Source of the DNA: Lophium mytilinum
Lineage: Eukaryota
Direction of reading: 5' to 3'
Assembly: GCA_010093605.1 (NCBI GenBank)
Contig: MU004199.1
Span: 1,240,001-1,304,000 of the forward strand
Length of the DNA stretch: 64,000 nucleotides
Below, piece after piece: positions 1 through 13,313 of the stretch. A program made the position numbers and the translations under genes. The notes under the pieces were generated by a model, which saw only the letters and a program-made list of their open reading frames with translations, was not told the DNA's origin and searched no databases. Every line of letters starts with the position of its first letter. Positions within the stretch are counted from its first letter, which is position 1.

Positions 1-18
1 GGGGGGCTTAAGGCTGAC

Positions 19-470
19 TTACCTTGATTCATCGCTGCAGACGCGCCGCTCGCTCGCTGCTCTTCACTCGCTCCTGTTGGCCGTCTAGCCGCTCGATCTC
101 GTCTGCGTCGGCGGTAAGCACTTCTTGCCGCTGTCGTGAACAGGCCAGACTGGGGCCGATGGGCGCTTCAGCAGCAGAGCCTCAGACGGGCCGTCGCGTA
201 GACTCGATCGTCGCCGTCGAACCTCTCGATCTCTCTCGAACCGCCTCGATCCTCTCCAAGCGCTGCCTCCTGCGTAGCCGCTCGCGGCCCGGCTGCGCTG
301 CTCGGGCGGCTCGGTTTCCGGTCCCTCACTGCTCGTTCGGGCGTAGACGCGGCCTGAGAGGGCAGGTCGCCTGGACTCGCTTCAAGGGAATCTGGGGGTT
401 TAGCCGGTCCGGGGTGCGATCCTCAATTAGCTGCGGCAGCTACCTGGGTAGCTGGTGGCTGGCTGGGATG
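19..470 (-). pseudogene. Degenerate Arg/Glu-rich (coiled-coil-like) reading frame, probably a gene relic continuing beyond the left edge
   Basis: The minus frame reads ...RERLRRRQRLERIEAVRERSRG...EVLTADADEIERLDGQQERVKSSERAARLQR*IK, is broken by TGA stops and ends at a GTAAGT donor (~22-17). No family recognised. Confidence 0.3.
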
Positions 471-3400
471 GAGATGTCTGTCGTGGTCGCTGGAGGCAGG
501 TCGCAATGCCGAACCACTTTATCCACAGATTGAGATGGCGAAGCGGTATCCGCACAACACAAGCAGGACAGCTGGAGCAAAGGCTCGAGATGCACGCGCA
601 CTCGCTTGTCACGCGGCGGGTCGTCGAAGTCAACGGCCCGGATGATGTGCGGGATGCTTGCTGGCGGAATGCTGTGCCTTAAAACGGTCGGAACGCTCAG
701 ACTGCTCTGCGCAGATCAAGCGATGACGCACAGACAGAAGGGATCTGACGACGGTCCTGGCTGCTGGGCAATGCTGCGATTTCGGCGGAGTCTGGCCGGG
801 TCAGTCAGTCACTTCCCCAGCGCGTATGCCAGCTCGACTCGAAACGTACCAGGTTCTCCTGTGGCGGCCAAAATTGCGTGGCGTCCAAAGCTCGCCGTGT
901 GGCTTTTCGTCTTCGATCTGACTTGTCTGCCTCGAAGGTGGGCCGGTTAGCGATCCGCGCGGAAGGCCGGATGCTGGGAGTCCTGTTGGGTGATCTGCTC
1001 GGCCTTCGTATTCGATTCGCCGCTGTCGTCGCGGGCGGTTGTTGGTCGAATGGTCGAGTGACGGAAGGGGAAATATGAGAATAATGGTGAGTCTGACGTC
1101 CCTGGCAGCGCGAAGGCAGCGGACATATAAGCACCAAAGCTTCTTCCAGATCGGCTTCTGGCAACGGCGCGGTCGCACAGACGGCTAGGACCCTGCGATC
1201 CCCGTGATCTCTAGTTTGGCCGTCCCTGGTAGTGGAGCAGGCGGACCAGACTTGGGATGCAACGCGGTTTAATGACAAAGGGGCAGTTTAGACAGAACTT
1301 GGGCCAGCGTGTGGAGACAGTGGTGGAAAAGGTGAGCGGAGAGAATGAGGTCAAAGAAAGCACCGGGCATTAACCTGATGAGCGGTAGAAGTACACGGCT
1401 TGGGATCTGCTGGGACTTGGGGGAGTGACTGGGGATGGATCGACGGCGGATACAGGGCACGACTAGCTGGCAGTTGTGCCGGGTGGTATCCTTGGATGGC
1501 TGAAAGGAGAAATATCTACCTAGGTCGCTTTAAGCACCAGTTGTTGATGGCTCAGATTCAGCCCCGTTGAGCATCCATCGTATTGCCCAGGCTCAGACCA
1601 CGGCGATTCTAGCACAGGGTAGCATTGGCAAGCTGCAGCACACCACTTCCCAATGCGGTCTATCTATATCTCCGAAGGCAGGGAGGAATGATTTGCCCCA
1701 GGGCCCAAGCACCCATCCTTTCTCGAAGCGTCTCCCGCCCACGCCGGGCTGCATTCCTTGCGCCGGAGAGCTGGCGGCTGCGGCGCGCTGGGGCAGGATG
1801 GGGCAGGATGGGGGCAGCCATTGGCTAGTGAATGGACGCAGGAACATGGAGCGCGCAACACGGCTCGAATGCTTAGGGCCTCGAGACGGCAGCTCACGTC
1901 CGCCAGCCTGGGAATGCGATGTTTCATTTCGGCCGCCTCTAAGAATAACGTGCAGCAGCGAACGCCGGATGATCAAAGTTTGCTCTGCAGCAACCCCAGG
2001 CGAGCGCGAGGGGATTGGCTGAGCTCGCCAGGCTCAGGGCCAAGAGGCTGCCTTCTCTGACGCCACGGCCCGCACGGCGCAGGGGCAGCGGCGATCGGGC
2101 GGAGAAACGGCGTGCCGAGTGAATTGCTGGGGTGCTGGGGGGTGATGGGATGGGGGCGAGGGCTTGGGTGAGCTTGGACAGGACGGGAGGGATAGGACGG
2201 GGGGAACAGGACGGGGCAGTGGTGAATGGGAGGAGCCGTTACCTGTCACAAAGTCGATACGGCGGACGCTATTGCGAGCGGGCTCTGGGGCGGAGAGAGA
2301 GAGAGGTCGCAAACTGGCGCCAGCATCCACCACAAAAAGCGCCACGGCTGCGAGTTGTCTGCTCTGGATGCAACCCTCTGCTTGTGGGGAGCAGGACTAG
2401 CAGGACTAGCAGGCCGGGCAGGCTCTTGGTCGTCTCGCGCTGCGCCATGATCCGGGCTCTTATCATCCCCAGCACTCTATCCCGAGCAGTCGGGAGCTGC
2501 GCGGCACGCCGAAAACAGCACGGCCTCGTTGCGCGTAGTGGAGGGGCGGCGGGGAGCGGGAGAGGCTGGGGGGGCGGCTGGCCGATGATTGGGGTGCTGG
2601 ACGGCGAGCGACAGGTGATGCGGTCGTGGGGCTCATATTCGCGATGCCTTCCTTTCAGTGCTCCCTTGCATGGCCGGTTCTTGGGAGTCTGGGACGGGAG
2701 AAGACGCTCAGAGCAGAGGCAGACGCGTCCCGGGCTAGCAGCAGACAGGCAGACCGGAGCCGGGATCTGGCCAGCAATCGGTGAATTGCGCCGCTGGTGC
2801 AGCAGAAGACGACAAGGAGCAGCGTGACGTGCAGGAGCAGAGACGCTATTCTGTGAAGGGCCTAGCGCGGGCGCCACTGCGGAAGGCCCGCCCGCCCCGT
2901 TAGATCGATCCACTTCGCATCGCCGCCCGCGACTCCACGGCTCGCACACACCTAGCCCTCCCAAACTAACTCCCAGACTGACTATCCCCAATACACTCAG
3001 CCTGAACTGGATCGTGAGAACGCGGCCGCCACCGCTGGAGATGGCAAGAATGGCATCGACAGCTTGGCGGGCCGCCTGGCATTCCTGACTCCACCTGCAC
3101 ACCGCCGCGAGACACGCGACAGGCCCGATAGACAGCGAGCGAGCATCCCACCGGCCACGTCCCAGCACTCGGGGCTGACCGGAACCAGCTGCTCTGCCCT
3201 CCATTCCTTACCTGAGCCATGGCCATTGAGCATGGCATCTGAGGCCATCTGACCCAATCGCCGCGTCGATCACCACAGATCCGATCAGGGCCTCAAACAC
3301 CAGCAGTTGCCCGAAGGCTGGCCGCAGCTTCACGCTCCGAGTCGCTGCTGAGTGCTGCCGCCGCTTCGGTCATCTGACGCAGCTCAGGGGCATTCCTGTG

Positions 3401-6400
3401 CGTGGCCTGAGGCTGTCGCCGACTGATTCGCCCCAGACGTCCCAGCAGCACTTCATCGCATCTTTGGGGGCGCTCACGAGCCAGTGCAACAGCCGTTTCG
3501 AGGACAGGCTGCTGGTGGCGGCCGGAGAAATCTGGAGACGGTGGTCGCTGGGCTAAGCCTGAAAGTCATATCTTTGCCCTTAAGATGCAGGGAGGGGGCC
3601 GTTGCGCAACCCGACGACGCAGCCTCCCGTCGCTCGCTAAACCTCCTCGCCCAGGGGCCAAGCAGCGTCCAGCACTCCTCTCCGCTGCCGCTCCAGGAAG
3701 CCTCGAATCTTCGTCGGAAGCGCAGCCCATCGAAATCGGCCTCAGGATTCCTCCGCGAGCTAGCCGCAATGCTGCTGTCTCAGTCCATCACCATCCACCG
3801 CCAACCTCCAATCTCTCGCCCTCTATCACCACCCGATCCGTGCATGCGTCGCACCGAGCCAGCTGCTTGGCTGCAAGAGCCAATTGGTCACGCTGATGGC
3901 GCTGACGTCTGGAGCGCGGCCTCCAGTGCCTCCAGTGCCTCCAACGCCCTCCAACGCCCTCCAACGCCCTCACTAGCGGTCCGGCCCGCACAGGATAGGC
4001 CACCAGCCTCGACTGAACCCTCATTCCTCGATCTCTGCAAGTGGCGAGCAGCCATTGCTCCAGCCTGTCCCGACAATCAGGTCTTTGTCTCGGGCTGTCC
4101 GACGTTATCGTGGAGACCCACTCCGCTTCACCTCCGTCACTTCTCAACTACGGGTCAGAATATCGTGGGGCTATCTAGTTCCAAGTGTCGGTTTCTGTCT
4201 TTGCTCGCATTCTTCTGAATCTTGGTCGAAGCAGACCCTGGAGAATCTCTTCTGATGTCCCGTCTCCACCTGACCCCATCGTCCGATCATGTCAAGTCCT
4301 CCGACATCAACGACGTCAACGTCGATCGTCTCTCATTCGACATGGCAACGCTACGTCTCTGAAAGCACAGTGGCGCCTGTCAGCTGGCAGCGCTCAATTC
4401 TGGCGTGACTCCTGCAGATTGTGGAGCCCGGTCGTCAGGGGCAGTGCGATTTAGCGTCCAAACAGACTAATGGGCGACACTTATGAACTATACGACTGCC
4501 AGCTATTGCAGATAGTGCTCAGGTTCCTGGCTAGTTGCAGTCCTAAGCCTCAACCCGAGCACTTGTCGCCCTAGGACTCGCACAGCGGATCTCGTGCAAC
4601 TGGGCACCCCACAATAGAGTTTGTGCGTGCCCGGTTGGATGGCGAAGCTGTCGGCGCCTTGTCAACCTCCTCAGCCACCTGGCGGCCGGGAGGATATGCT
4701 TCCGGGCTCTGCAATATCGTCGTCTCGTGAGCCCGTGCAGGGGCAGTGACGCGGCCGCTGTTCTGTCGACGAAGGCATGCTGCTTACCTAGCGGCGTCAG
4801 AGGATGGTGAGAGAGCCAGTCAAGCGTGGGGACATGGATGCGTCAAGTCTTTGTCGCCCGCTGCCGCTCGCCGGCCGACGCTTCACAACGCTTCCCCAGC
4901 CAAAATCCGGTAGCGAGGAAGTAGAGTCGCACCGTCCGGCCGATGGCAGGCTTCCCATTCCAGAAAGTGCTTTGACACGAGGTGCCTTAGGGTTACACTC
5001 CGCTTTTCTCGGCCAGTGCGTGGTTCTGCGCGGTCTCAACAACTCCAGCCGTTGAAACGTTTGCTAGTGCCATCTCTCACCCTCCGCTTGAACTTGCTGA
5101 CTTGTGTTCCTTAGTCAGCGGCCCCTTGTTCTACTCCATGTTTTACTCCATGTTTTCCTCCAGTGTCCAGCGCGCGGCTTGGGAACGAGGGGCCAGCGGT
5201 TCCGTGGTCGGCGGCAACGGCCCAACGTCGCCGCACAAACCTCGAGGCTCAGGGCAGCGCGTGCTCCTGTTTCCTGCAAACATGGCGGGCTGGTCGCGGC
5301 CGGCAGCCATCCGAGAGCGAATGCGACGCTCTCGGTGCGGTAGAACGTGCAGCAGCCAGGCCCCTCGGATCAGGCCACGAACCGCTGGCCCGTGCCCGCG
5401 CCGCTGCTGCAAACCGTCGACGACTTGATGGCTCATTTGGCTGTCTGCTGCGATGCCATTCCACGACCGGGTTGGGGGCCAGAGAACGAGGTGTCTGTGG
5501 ACTCTGTGGACAGCCGCCTTGTGACCACCCGCCATGTGATTGCCGCCAGTTTCGGCCCATCTTCTCTCCGACTCGACCATCCTCCTGCTCCTTCGGGCGC
5601 CCGCTCATCCCTCCGCCATCGCCATGTCTATCCCCGAAGTCCATCCCCTCGAACCCAATCTCCAGCGTGGATGTGACGCCTCCCGCATGGCCTGCACCGC
5701 GTCAGGAGAAAACGCCACAGTGCCGCAGCAGCTGCATCCTCTATTGATCTGACACCCCTTATCGTCAGCCGCTCACCCTCCGCACGTCAAGTCTTGCCGC
5801 GAGCCAGGTAGTATCTCTCTTCCACCCTAGTCCCTTCACCTCTAGTCTGCCCCTTTAGGTCCAGCTTCCGCTTCCATTGTGAATGACTTGCAGTCTGGTG
5901 AGCGGGGTCTCCCTGCCTGCCGACAATGTGATATCTTGCCTAGGGCTGGAGTCGGCATCGATGCCGCCCCTGGATACGGCATTTATTTGTGTGAGGTCGC
6001 TGGCATCCAGGGTGCCGAAAGAGGAAGATCGGCCAAAGAGCATCGCTTGATGTCATGCCGCTACTTGGTTGGGCTCCTGTCGATGCTGAATCTTGCCATT
6101 GCGAGGGCCCCTGAGTTTTTCATCTCCATCTCGAATCTTCAGCTCCTCCGGTTGTTGGGGGCTGATTGTAGTCTGGAGACGGAGCGCTGGAGTATGGTCC
6201 CGTTGCCAGGCAGGCTCACGTGCTTTTTCGCATAGGCTAAGGTAGGGTTTTTAGTCTCGAAGAGCATCGTATCGTGCTCCTGTAGTCTTCAAGTCCATAA
6301 TTAGAGGTCCAAGAACAATATACATCTATCACATGTTTTACATATTCATGTTTCGCGTTCGAATAGCTCCTAGACTCTCATGACTAGATTTGAGCAAAAG

Positions 6401-8192
6401 CGACCTCACCACACTAACCATAGTTACCTCGAAGGCTAACGATGCGTTTATCGAAGGGCAAAGACCACGAGGATCTTGACATGTATGCACACACAAGCAG
6501 ATCTACGACACACTTTGGCATCCTACAACTCTTGCTTCGCCTGCGAATAGAGTCATCGTGGAGCAGCTTGTCATCATTATGGTGGTCAGCGCAAGCGGTT
6601 CTCTTCAGATTTCAGACCCATCCGTGATTCCCGAACTCCTACCTAGTTGTGACTTTGCAGTTGCCTCAGCTGCTCCGCAATATAAAAGCCGTTAGGCCTT
6701 CGACTGAAAGCAAGAACAGATGTATACAAGCTACTCTGCGCATGCAAAATAGCTAGATCATCTGCTTCCCCGGCTACATGTGCCCACTAGGTGTCTCGAC
6801 CTTCTTGAAACAACCAACAGCACTCATGAACCAAGATTCCACGTCTAGGGCCCCTCTAAGCCTCTCCAAAATCCACCAAAAGCCTAAGTCATGCTAAAAT
6901 CCACCGTCTCTAGATACTACCGCTGGTATGCCCCTTCTGCAGCTTCTCCGCAACCTCCCTCCTACTTGAACGCAGCCCCAGCTTACAGCGTCTAGTCAAA
7001 CTTCCCTTTCACAGAAATTCTCCACACTCCGAGTACCAGCCTTTAGTATCTATGCGAAACAGGACCAGACTTCAGCCCTCATCCGATCCCTCGTACGGGC
7101 TTCTCGATCCTTCTACAGGCTCGACGCACTCCGTCGTGGCTTTGGATGGACCTCTGGGATAGTGGATATGTGGGATGAACACCACGCTATTGGCCGATGG
7201 GCCTCTGGATGAAGGAGCTCGAGTAAAGGGTCGGAGTACTAAAGTACGACGGCTCAGAACACTGGTTCGGCGATGGACATTCTGTGGTGCTCGGCGGGAT
7301 TCGAGATCGTTGTGAGTGCGCGGATGGGGTATAACGGTGGATAAGGGGTGATTTTGGTCCGGCATCGAAAGTTGGAAGGGGCGAGCTTGCGAAGGTTCAT
7401 TTTAAGAGGGGTTACTGAAGACAAGAGCAGCCACTACGGTGGGACGTGATCAAATGGACTTTTTGTTCGTTTCGACGACGTGGTAGATTTGGCATATTGA
7501 CGAGGTGATACGGTAAAACAAATGGAGGTTGAGTATGTTTAGACACTTGCTTCGTATGTACTAGTTCTATGTTATTCATTCTCGTGAGCAAGTCCGTGAA
7601 ACATTGAAGCAATCTTCATCTCCGCATTCCTCACCTCCCCTATCTTGTAGCCGTCGAAGCTCGTGGGGTGAAGAGTCTCAAGGCCTCGCCTCAGTCTCTT
7701 CTTCTCGTTCTTGGAAAATGCTAGAAGGACGTCTAAAAGTGTATATACCTATGTGCCATTCTATGCACCTATCCCCCAATACTTGAACTTTTGCACTCAA
7801 CCCATTTGGTGTGTGTACCATCGTCTCAACAAGCTATCTCAAACGAGTCATCATCCATAAGCAACGACTGACTGTCCCTGGTAGGGACCGTTTGGCCTGC
7901 GAGAGCCCTCTCGCGCCTGCTGGAGGACCCAAGGTGGCCTAACCGATGAACAACACCTCCCGAGGCAAGGAGTTGTGTATAGGGGGAAACTGAAGTCGAT
8001 ATGCAAACTCCGTTGGACAGGAAGTGGTACTCCAGCATTGCTTGAGGTTGATGCTCGAGGGGTTTGGAGTACTCCCGAAGTTGCTGCTTTGCGATCTTAA
8101 TGATGCGTTAGAGGATCTTACCCGGTGCGGAGCATGTGTTCATAACGCGAGCGAGAGTATAGGTATTTACCGCTATCGTTAGGAAAATCCTA

Positions 8193-8214
8193 ATATATAT
8201 ATATATATATATAT
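8193..8214. repeat. (AT)11 microsatellite
   Basis: Directly visible. Confidence 0.9.
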
Positions 8215-9611
8215 GAAGTACGAACTATTGAAGGCGGACTAAAAGCTTACCCTGCTATCCCCTAATCGTACCTGGGGCTTCAAAGAGATGTTGGAGCACT
8301 TCCCAATTGATGCGTGAGCATTTGGTGAGCATCCGCATAAATCTGTCCAAGCACTTTATCCAATTCATCAATCTCCAGGAACCGAGCTTTTTCTATTCTC
8401 AATCATAGACGCCTACAGTTACCCTCTGCAAGACCCTCGCGTTTTCTATGTGCGTCCTCTTCCGAGGTCTGTAAAGGAACAGCCTCCGTGGGTGTACGCC
8501 GAGCGGTGGTGGCCATTTATTCTACACCAGCGGGCTGAAGTATTGGGCAAACGACTCTTCGTACGGCGGCGTTGGGGATAGAGGTTGGGGTGGGTTGCAG
8601 CTGAGAAGGTAGTAGGGTCTACGAAGAGGGAGACCGCGCTGTGAGTATATTAGCAGTTAGTGACATCACCTCGAATACCGCTCATACAACGTGGAAGACC
8701 GGTGGAGGGATGCCTTCAGCACGCTAATCCCACGGCGCGACTTGAGCCGTGTGCAGCGTATGTGCGTGCAAGTAAGGATCACTTCAGCATTCAAGAAGGC
8801 CGAGTGGGAAAGCAAGCGGCCGCCGAGACGTCATCTTTGCTGGTCTTTGGCGTGGTGGAGATGGAGGCGAGGTTGGAAGAATGAGGGTTCTTTCTGGTCG
8901 CCATGCTGGCCTCAGTGGCCCGCAAGCTCCGAGTAGGATCGTCTCACTCTCTGTGTTTTGGAATTCCACGCACCCTTGTAATCCCTTTCGTGTGCCATTG
9001 TTTCGAGGGTTCATTCTGCATAGATGCTCCGCTGGTCTCCTAACGGATGGAAAGTGGCGGCGCGGGATTGTCCTCCGCCTCCGTATCTACTCCAACACAT
9101 TTCAACAGCCTAAAACGGCTTCTCTTATAGTGTCCCGGCAGCCTGGGTCGCGTATCGATGGCTTTGTTGGACCGAAAGTGAGAAGAGAGGTCGTGAGGCG
9201 TTCGCGGCCAAAGCTTAGTCAGTAGTGATGCAACTGGGGATGATGCTACGGCTGACTCGGAGTAGTCGTTGAAGGATAGATTCGACGGGCAAAGGATCTG
9301 ACGGGAACGTGTGGCAGCCTTCGCCTCCTTAGGGCCGACAAGCGCAAAGATGCTTGTTCGTGATTTGCGTGAGGTGTTGCGAGTTTGTCGCTGGCAGACT
9401 TGAGATGTACTATGGATAAAACTGTTTTGCCAGTGGCTACATGTTGTAGGCGATCAACTGGGATGAGGAGATGGGTCCCATGGCAACGCAGAGGGACGAG
9501 GTTGATAAAAGACGCTATCGAGCTAGAACTAAAACAATAAAACGGCGAGAGCACTGCTAGGCGGACGCGTTTGCTCGAACTACAAAAATAAACCTACAGA
9601 AAGATTAAAAG

Positions 9612-9845
9612 AGCAAAAGACCACCTTCCCGATGGAAGGTGTAGAAACCCAACGAGGGTTTACTCCGTAGCCCGGTTCACATGCTCACGTGTCAATCGAC
9701 GCTTATTGCATGTACCGTAATGGCTAATTCTCGAGGAACCGTCGGGAATCGAACCCAGGGGTCCTCGAGTTGGCGAAGGCGTCGGCCGGTTCGGTTGGAG
9801 GACTCGACTCGGAGGGGGAGGAGAACCAACTGAGCTATCCTAGTG
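9612..9845 (-). ncRNA. Candidate structured RNA polymerase III transcript with tRNA-type internal promoter (not a tRNA)
   Basis: Minus strand has A box TAGCTCAGTTGG (9837-9826), B box GGTTCGATTCC (9755-9745), four hairpins and T-tracts (9618-9615, 9610-9607, 9588-9584). Acceptor and D stems do not form. Confidence 0.6.
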
Positions 9846-12824
9846 GTTAGTAATTGGAAGACTGGCAAAATAACTCAAAATACATACCCTCATTCAACGC
9901 GCCCCAGGTGTAAACATTCAAGTGAGCGGCCCGAGCACGCACGTGGGCAAAGAAGTCCACTTGACAATGCGCACTCACCTCACCCGTACAGTATACATCC
10001 TGGCTAACCAAATTCATTCCCGTCTCACCTTTCGCAGAGCGCAAGATATGTATGGTGCGCTTGGTTTAATACTCAATCGAGGAGCCGAAGAGTAACTGTC
10101 TCTGATTAGAGGAACGGCGGTCCCCCGAGCAGGTGGGCTTTGAGGCGCTAGCTGTCCATATCCGCACGGCCACCTCACCTGCCCACCGTTCCTACAGATA
10201 CGCATAATAGGGTCAGTCAACCATATTCGGAGTCTTTGCTGTCCAGAAGTAATATGTATTGGTCGGAACGGGGAAGATGCTGCGGGTTCTTAGCAGTCGA
10301 AGAAAACAAAATCAGCTCGCGTTCCATCTTAGCGACAAGGGAACAAAATACAAGTTAGCATCTCTTGAATCGAACCATAGCTCGTCCCAGGAACAGGATC
10401 TTCGGGTTGGGAACCTAAAAGAATTTCTTGCTGCAGACGAGTTAGCAACAGCTTCTTAGCCGTGGGACGAGGTACAGTAATCTGCCACATTGCTTGAAGA
10501 AACAATGAGACCACTTACCCTTTGAAATGCTCAACGTCGGAAAGGAAATGCTACGCTATCATAATGAAAAGGCTGCGTGTAGGCCTTAGGATGACTTTTT
10601 GCTACCAAGGAATATCTTCTCACGGCAAGGCGGAAAATACAGAGATTCAGACAAACTTGTTCTGGTTGAAGGTGGAAGATCTGACTTGGATGAGTGATTA
10701 GGAACGAGATTGATGGAAGCACAAGCAATGAGTAGCAAGACGGCATTGGTTGAGGTTACTCTAAGAGCATCATGCGCACGAGCTAGAGAGACATGATGTA
10801 AGAAATGCTACCTAAAACGAGCTCTATCTTCCAGAGTTGAACAGATGCTATCGCAAGAGGTAGATGCTTATCGAGTCTCGAGTCGGACTTGAACGGTCTC
10901 ACCCGCAAGTATTTGGGATTTTCGAACTCTTCTACGCTATTTCACCGAGGGTACGAGGAGGAGGCAATTACGGACCGGAAATCGAGATAGCCTGGTATGA
11001 TGGCAAACGTTTCAGGGGCCGTCCAGGATGGAGATATAGCCATGGGGTTTCTCCAAGACGTCTGCGGCGAATGAAGTGAGCCAAGCCGATCGACGTGGCG
11101 TAATGGCCGGCTAGATCAAGCTACTTTAAAACGTGATCTCGAAAGCTTGAATGCTGGGCTTGGGAAGTCACAATGATGAAACTTGATTCTGATGGAGAAC
11201 AAATACCCACAAGTCGTACTAGCCTTTCTCGCCACCTACAGCATCTCCATTCAATCTTTATCACCTTCGCTGAAACATGGCACTGAATCCCAGCCCGCAA
11301 GCCGGAAGCCCTCTTTCGTACCCCTTCGATCGACGACATCCATCTAGTAAACAATACAAGGGATGGTGTATACCTGCCGCCCTTCTTAACCTCATCGAAC
11401 TCTCTGCAGCGCGTCCCTTGCGTACAAACCAGGCTAACCCGACCACATCCCGCTTCTCCCAGTAGGCAAGCACGCGCTGTCAGCACGCATTACTCATCTG
11501 GGTAAAAGCACCCGGTCTCCATGCAGTGCAGTCCGTTGACACGAAGCCAACGACGTTCTACCGAAGTGGTGCCCCTCGCCCAGCTCGCTTGCAAAGAAAG
11601 GCGCCTTTCCCCATCGCCCCTAGCTCGCCCTCGCACACCTCACTCCCACCGTTCCTCCGACATTCACCGTTTGCCTCCTTTGCCTTGCGCCCCCTCTCCC
11701 GTCCCCAGGAGCCGCAGGAGCCGCAAAATCCCTCGCTGCTATCCCCACAGCCCCCTCCAATCACGCCCCGCCAGACACCCAATTGCCGCTTGGCATGCAT
11801 GCCATTGCCGACTAGATAGAAACCCGCATCGACCGCCCCGACGCGTCTGCTGGCCAGAACGAGGGACAGTGACGAGCTCGTGCAAAGAACCTCGGACACG
11901 TTTGCCAGCTGCGTGCTTGCTTGGCTTGCAGACCAGCAGCCCCTGGTCTGACGTCTGTTGTTGCTGGCCCTTGCACCTATCCTTGGAGCTGCAGCTATGG
12001 TATGCATGACCCTTTCGACGAAGCAGCAGCAGCTCCACCAGCAGCAGGTTTCATGCACGATGGGATGGGATGGGATGGGCATGGGGCGGGCGGCAGGTGG
12101 AAGGAGCCGAACGCGACGCGCCGCGAGTGCCTCACCGATGAGAGCGTGTGTCGACGAGACCGACCGGCAAAGGGCGCGGTGCGTAGGTGTGGATTACGTG
12201 GCAGAGCAAGCCAGGTCGCGTGGGGATAGCTTGTAGCACGCCTGACGAACATGCACGATGCAGAGAGCACTGCAAAGGAGTCCAGGTATGCCCAGGTCAG
12301 GTCGAGCCAGCTAGCCAATTACACACTGCCATTCACCATTGAGATACCACGATTCTCTTCTCGTAAAATGTCGGGCCATTCATAAGATGCTGTTCTGATT
12401 CCGTAGCTTTTGATTTGAGGGCTTTGAAAAGGTAGTGCCGTCGTCTCATCGTACAGTAGTGCCCAATCTGCCAAACAAATTGGGATGTCCCTAGAGGTCT
12501 CCCGGAGAATGACTAACTCCCGTACGCGAAAAACGCCGTTATGGGTTTCCCTTGCCGATTCGAATGAAAGATGAAAGGCCCCCGTGATATCCTGTAACAG
12601 GAGGAATCCGAGGGCGAAGAGAAACACCTACTCCAACTCCACCGATGAAAAGAAGAATAAAGAGAGCATTCCACTAGAAGGAAGTTGTGAAAGAGAAAGA
12701 GAGAGAGAGTCCTCAATTTCCCTATTCCAACCCAAGCCATAAACCCAAAATCACTCGCTCCCTGAGCTCCAAAGCGCCCTGCGTGAAGAGGTCCAACACT
12801 GAGATAGTCCAAGGGCCAGCATTA

Positions 12825-13313
12825 TTAGCTGCTGACTTGACCGTAGGCGCGCTGGTAGTTGGTGGTAGCGGGCGTCTGACCATAGAATTGGAGGGCGCAT
12901 TCGGCGGCGTCTTCGCGGGCTTGCTCGACGTAGTTGCCGTCGTACCAGTAGCGGGCCGGGAACTGCTTTTCACCGACTACAACGACGCTAGACCATGCGG
13001 TGCGGCCTCCTGTGAGTCAGGTTAGCAGGTGGTGAGGGCACATTGATGATAGCAAGAAAGGCTAATCTGTGCTGGAAGTGAGGACCGATTATGGGGCTAG
13101 GGTTGATGAAGAAACCCGGAAGGGGATTGGATATTCTCCGAGACTCGAGAAGCTTACCTCGACGATCTGAAACGTCTTGCCATCTCGGCTGCTCGATCTG
13201 GGCAGCGTTACAATGATCTGGACATGAATCAGTCAGACCTGATCCTTGACGAAGGTGGAGATCTGTCACCAACCCTTCAACCTGTCTTGCCAGAAAGTGG
13301 GTCTCGCGGCCAT
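12825..13313 (-). CDS. Small (94 aa) conserved fungal protein with dsRBD-like fold; exons 13313-13274, 13217-13158, 13009-12825
   Basis: Spliced by hand (GTTGGT/CAG and GTAAGC/CAG, GCTAAC branch) to MAARPTFWQDRLKDHCNAAQIEQPRWQDVSDRRGGRTAWSSVVVVGEKQFPARYWYDGNYVEQAREDAAECALQFYGQTPATTNYQRAYGQVSS*. The SDRRGGRTAWSS...ARYWYDG...AREDAAE.AL pattern matches a small Pezizomycotina protein family, recognised from memory. Confidence 0.85.

Noticed and set aside
1567..5750. Many 100-310 aa ORFs in the GC-rich left region
   Set aside because: They overlap on both strands, are low-complexity (R/G/P/S-rich) and have no domain motifs, as expected by chance at high GC.
9730..9845. tRNA gene
   Set aside because: A and B boxes are present, but the D-stem 3' strand and acceptor stem cannot pair and there is no anticodon arm.
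9612..9845. U6, SRP, RNase P/MRP, 5S, or HDV/hammerhead ribozyme
   Set aside because: Their signature motifs were not found by eye.
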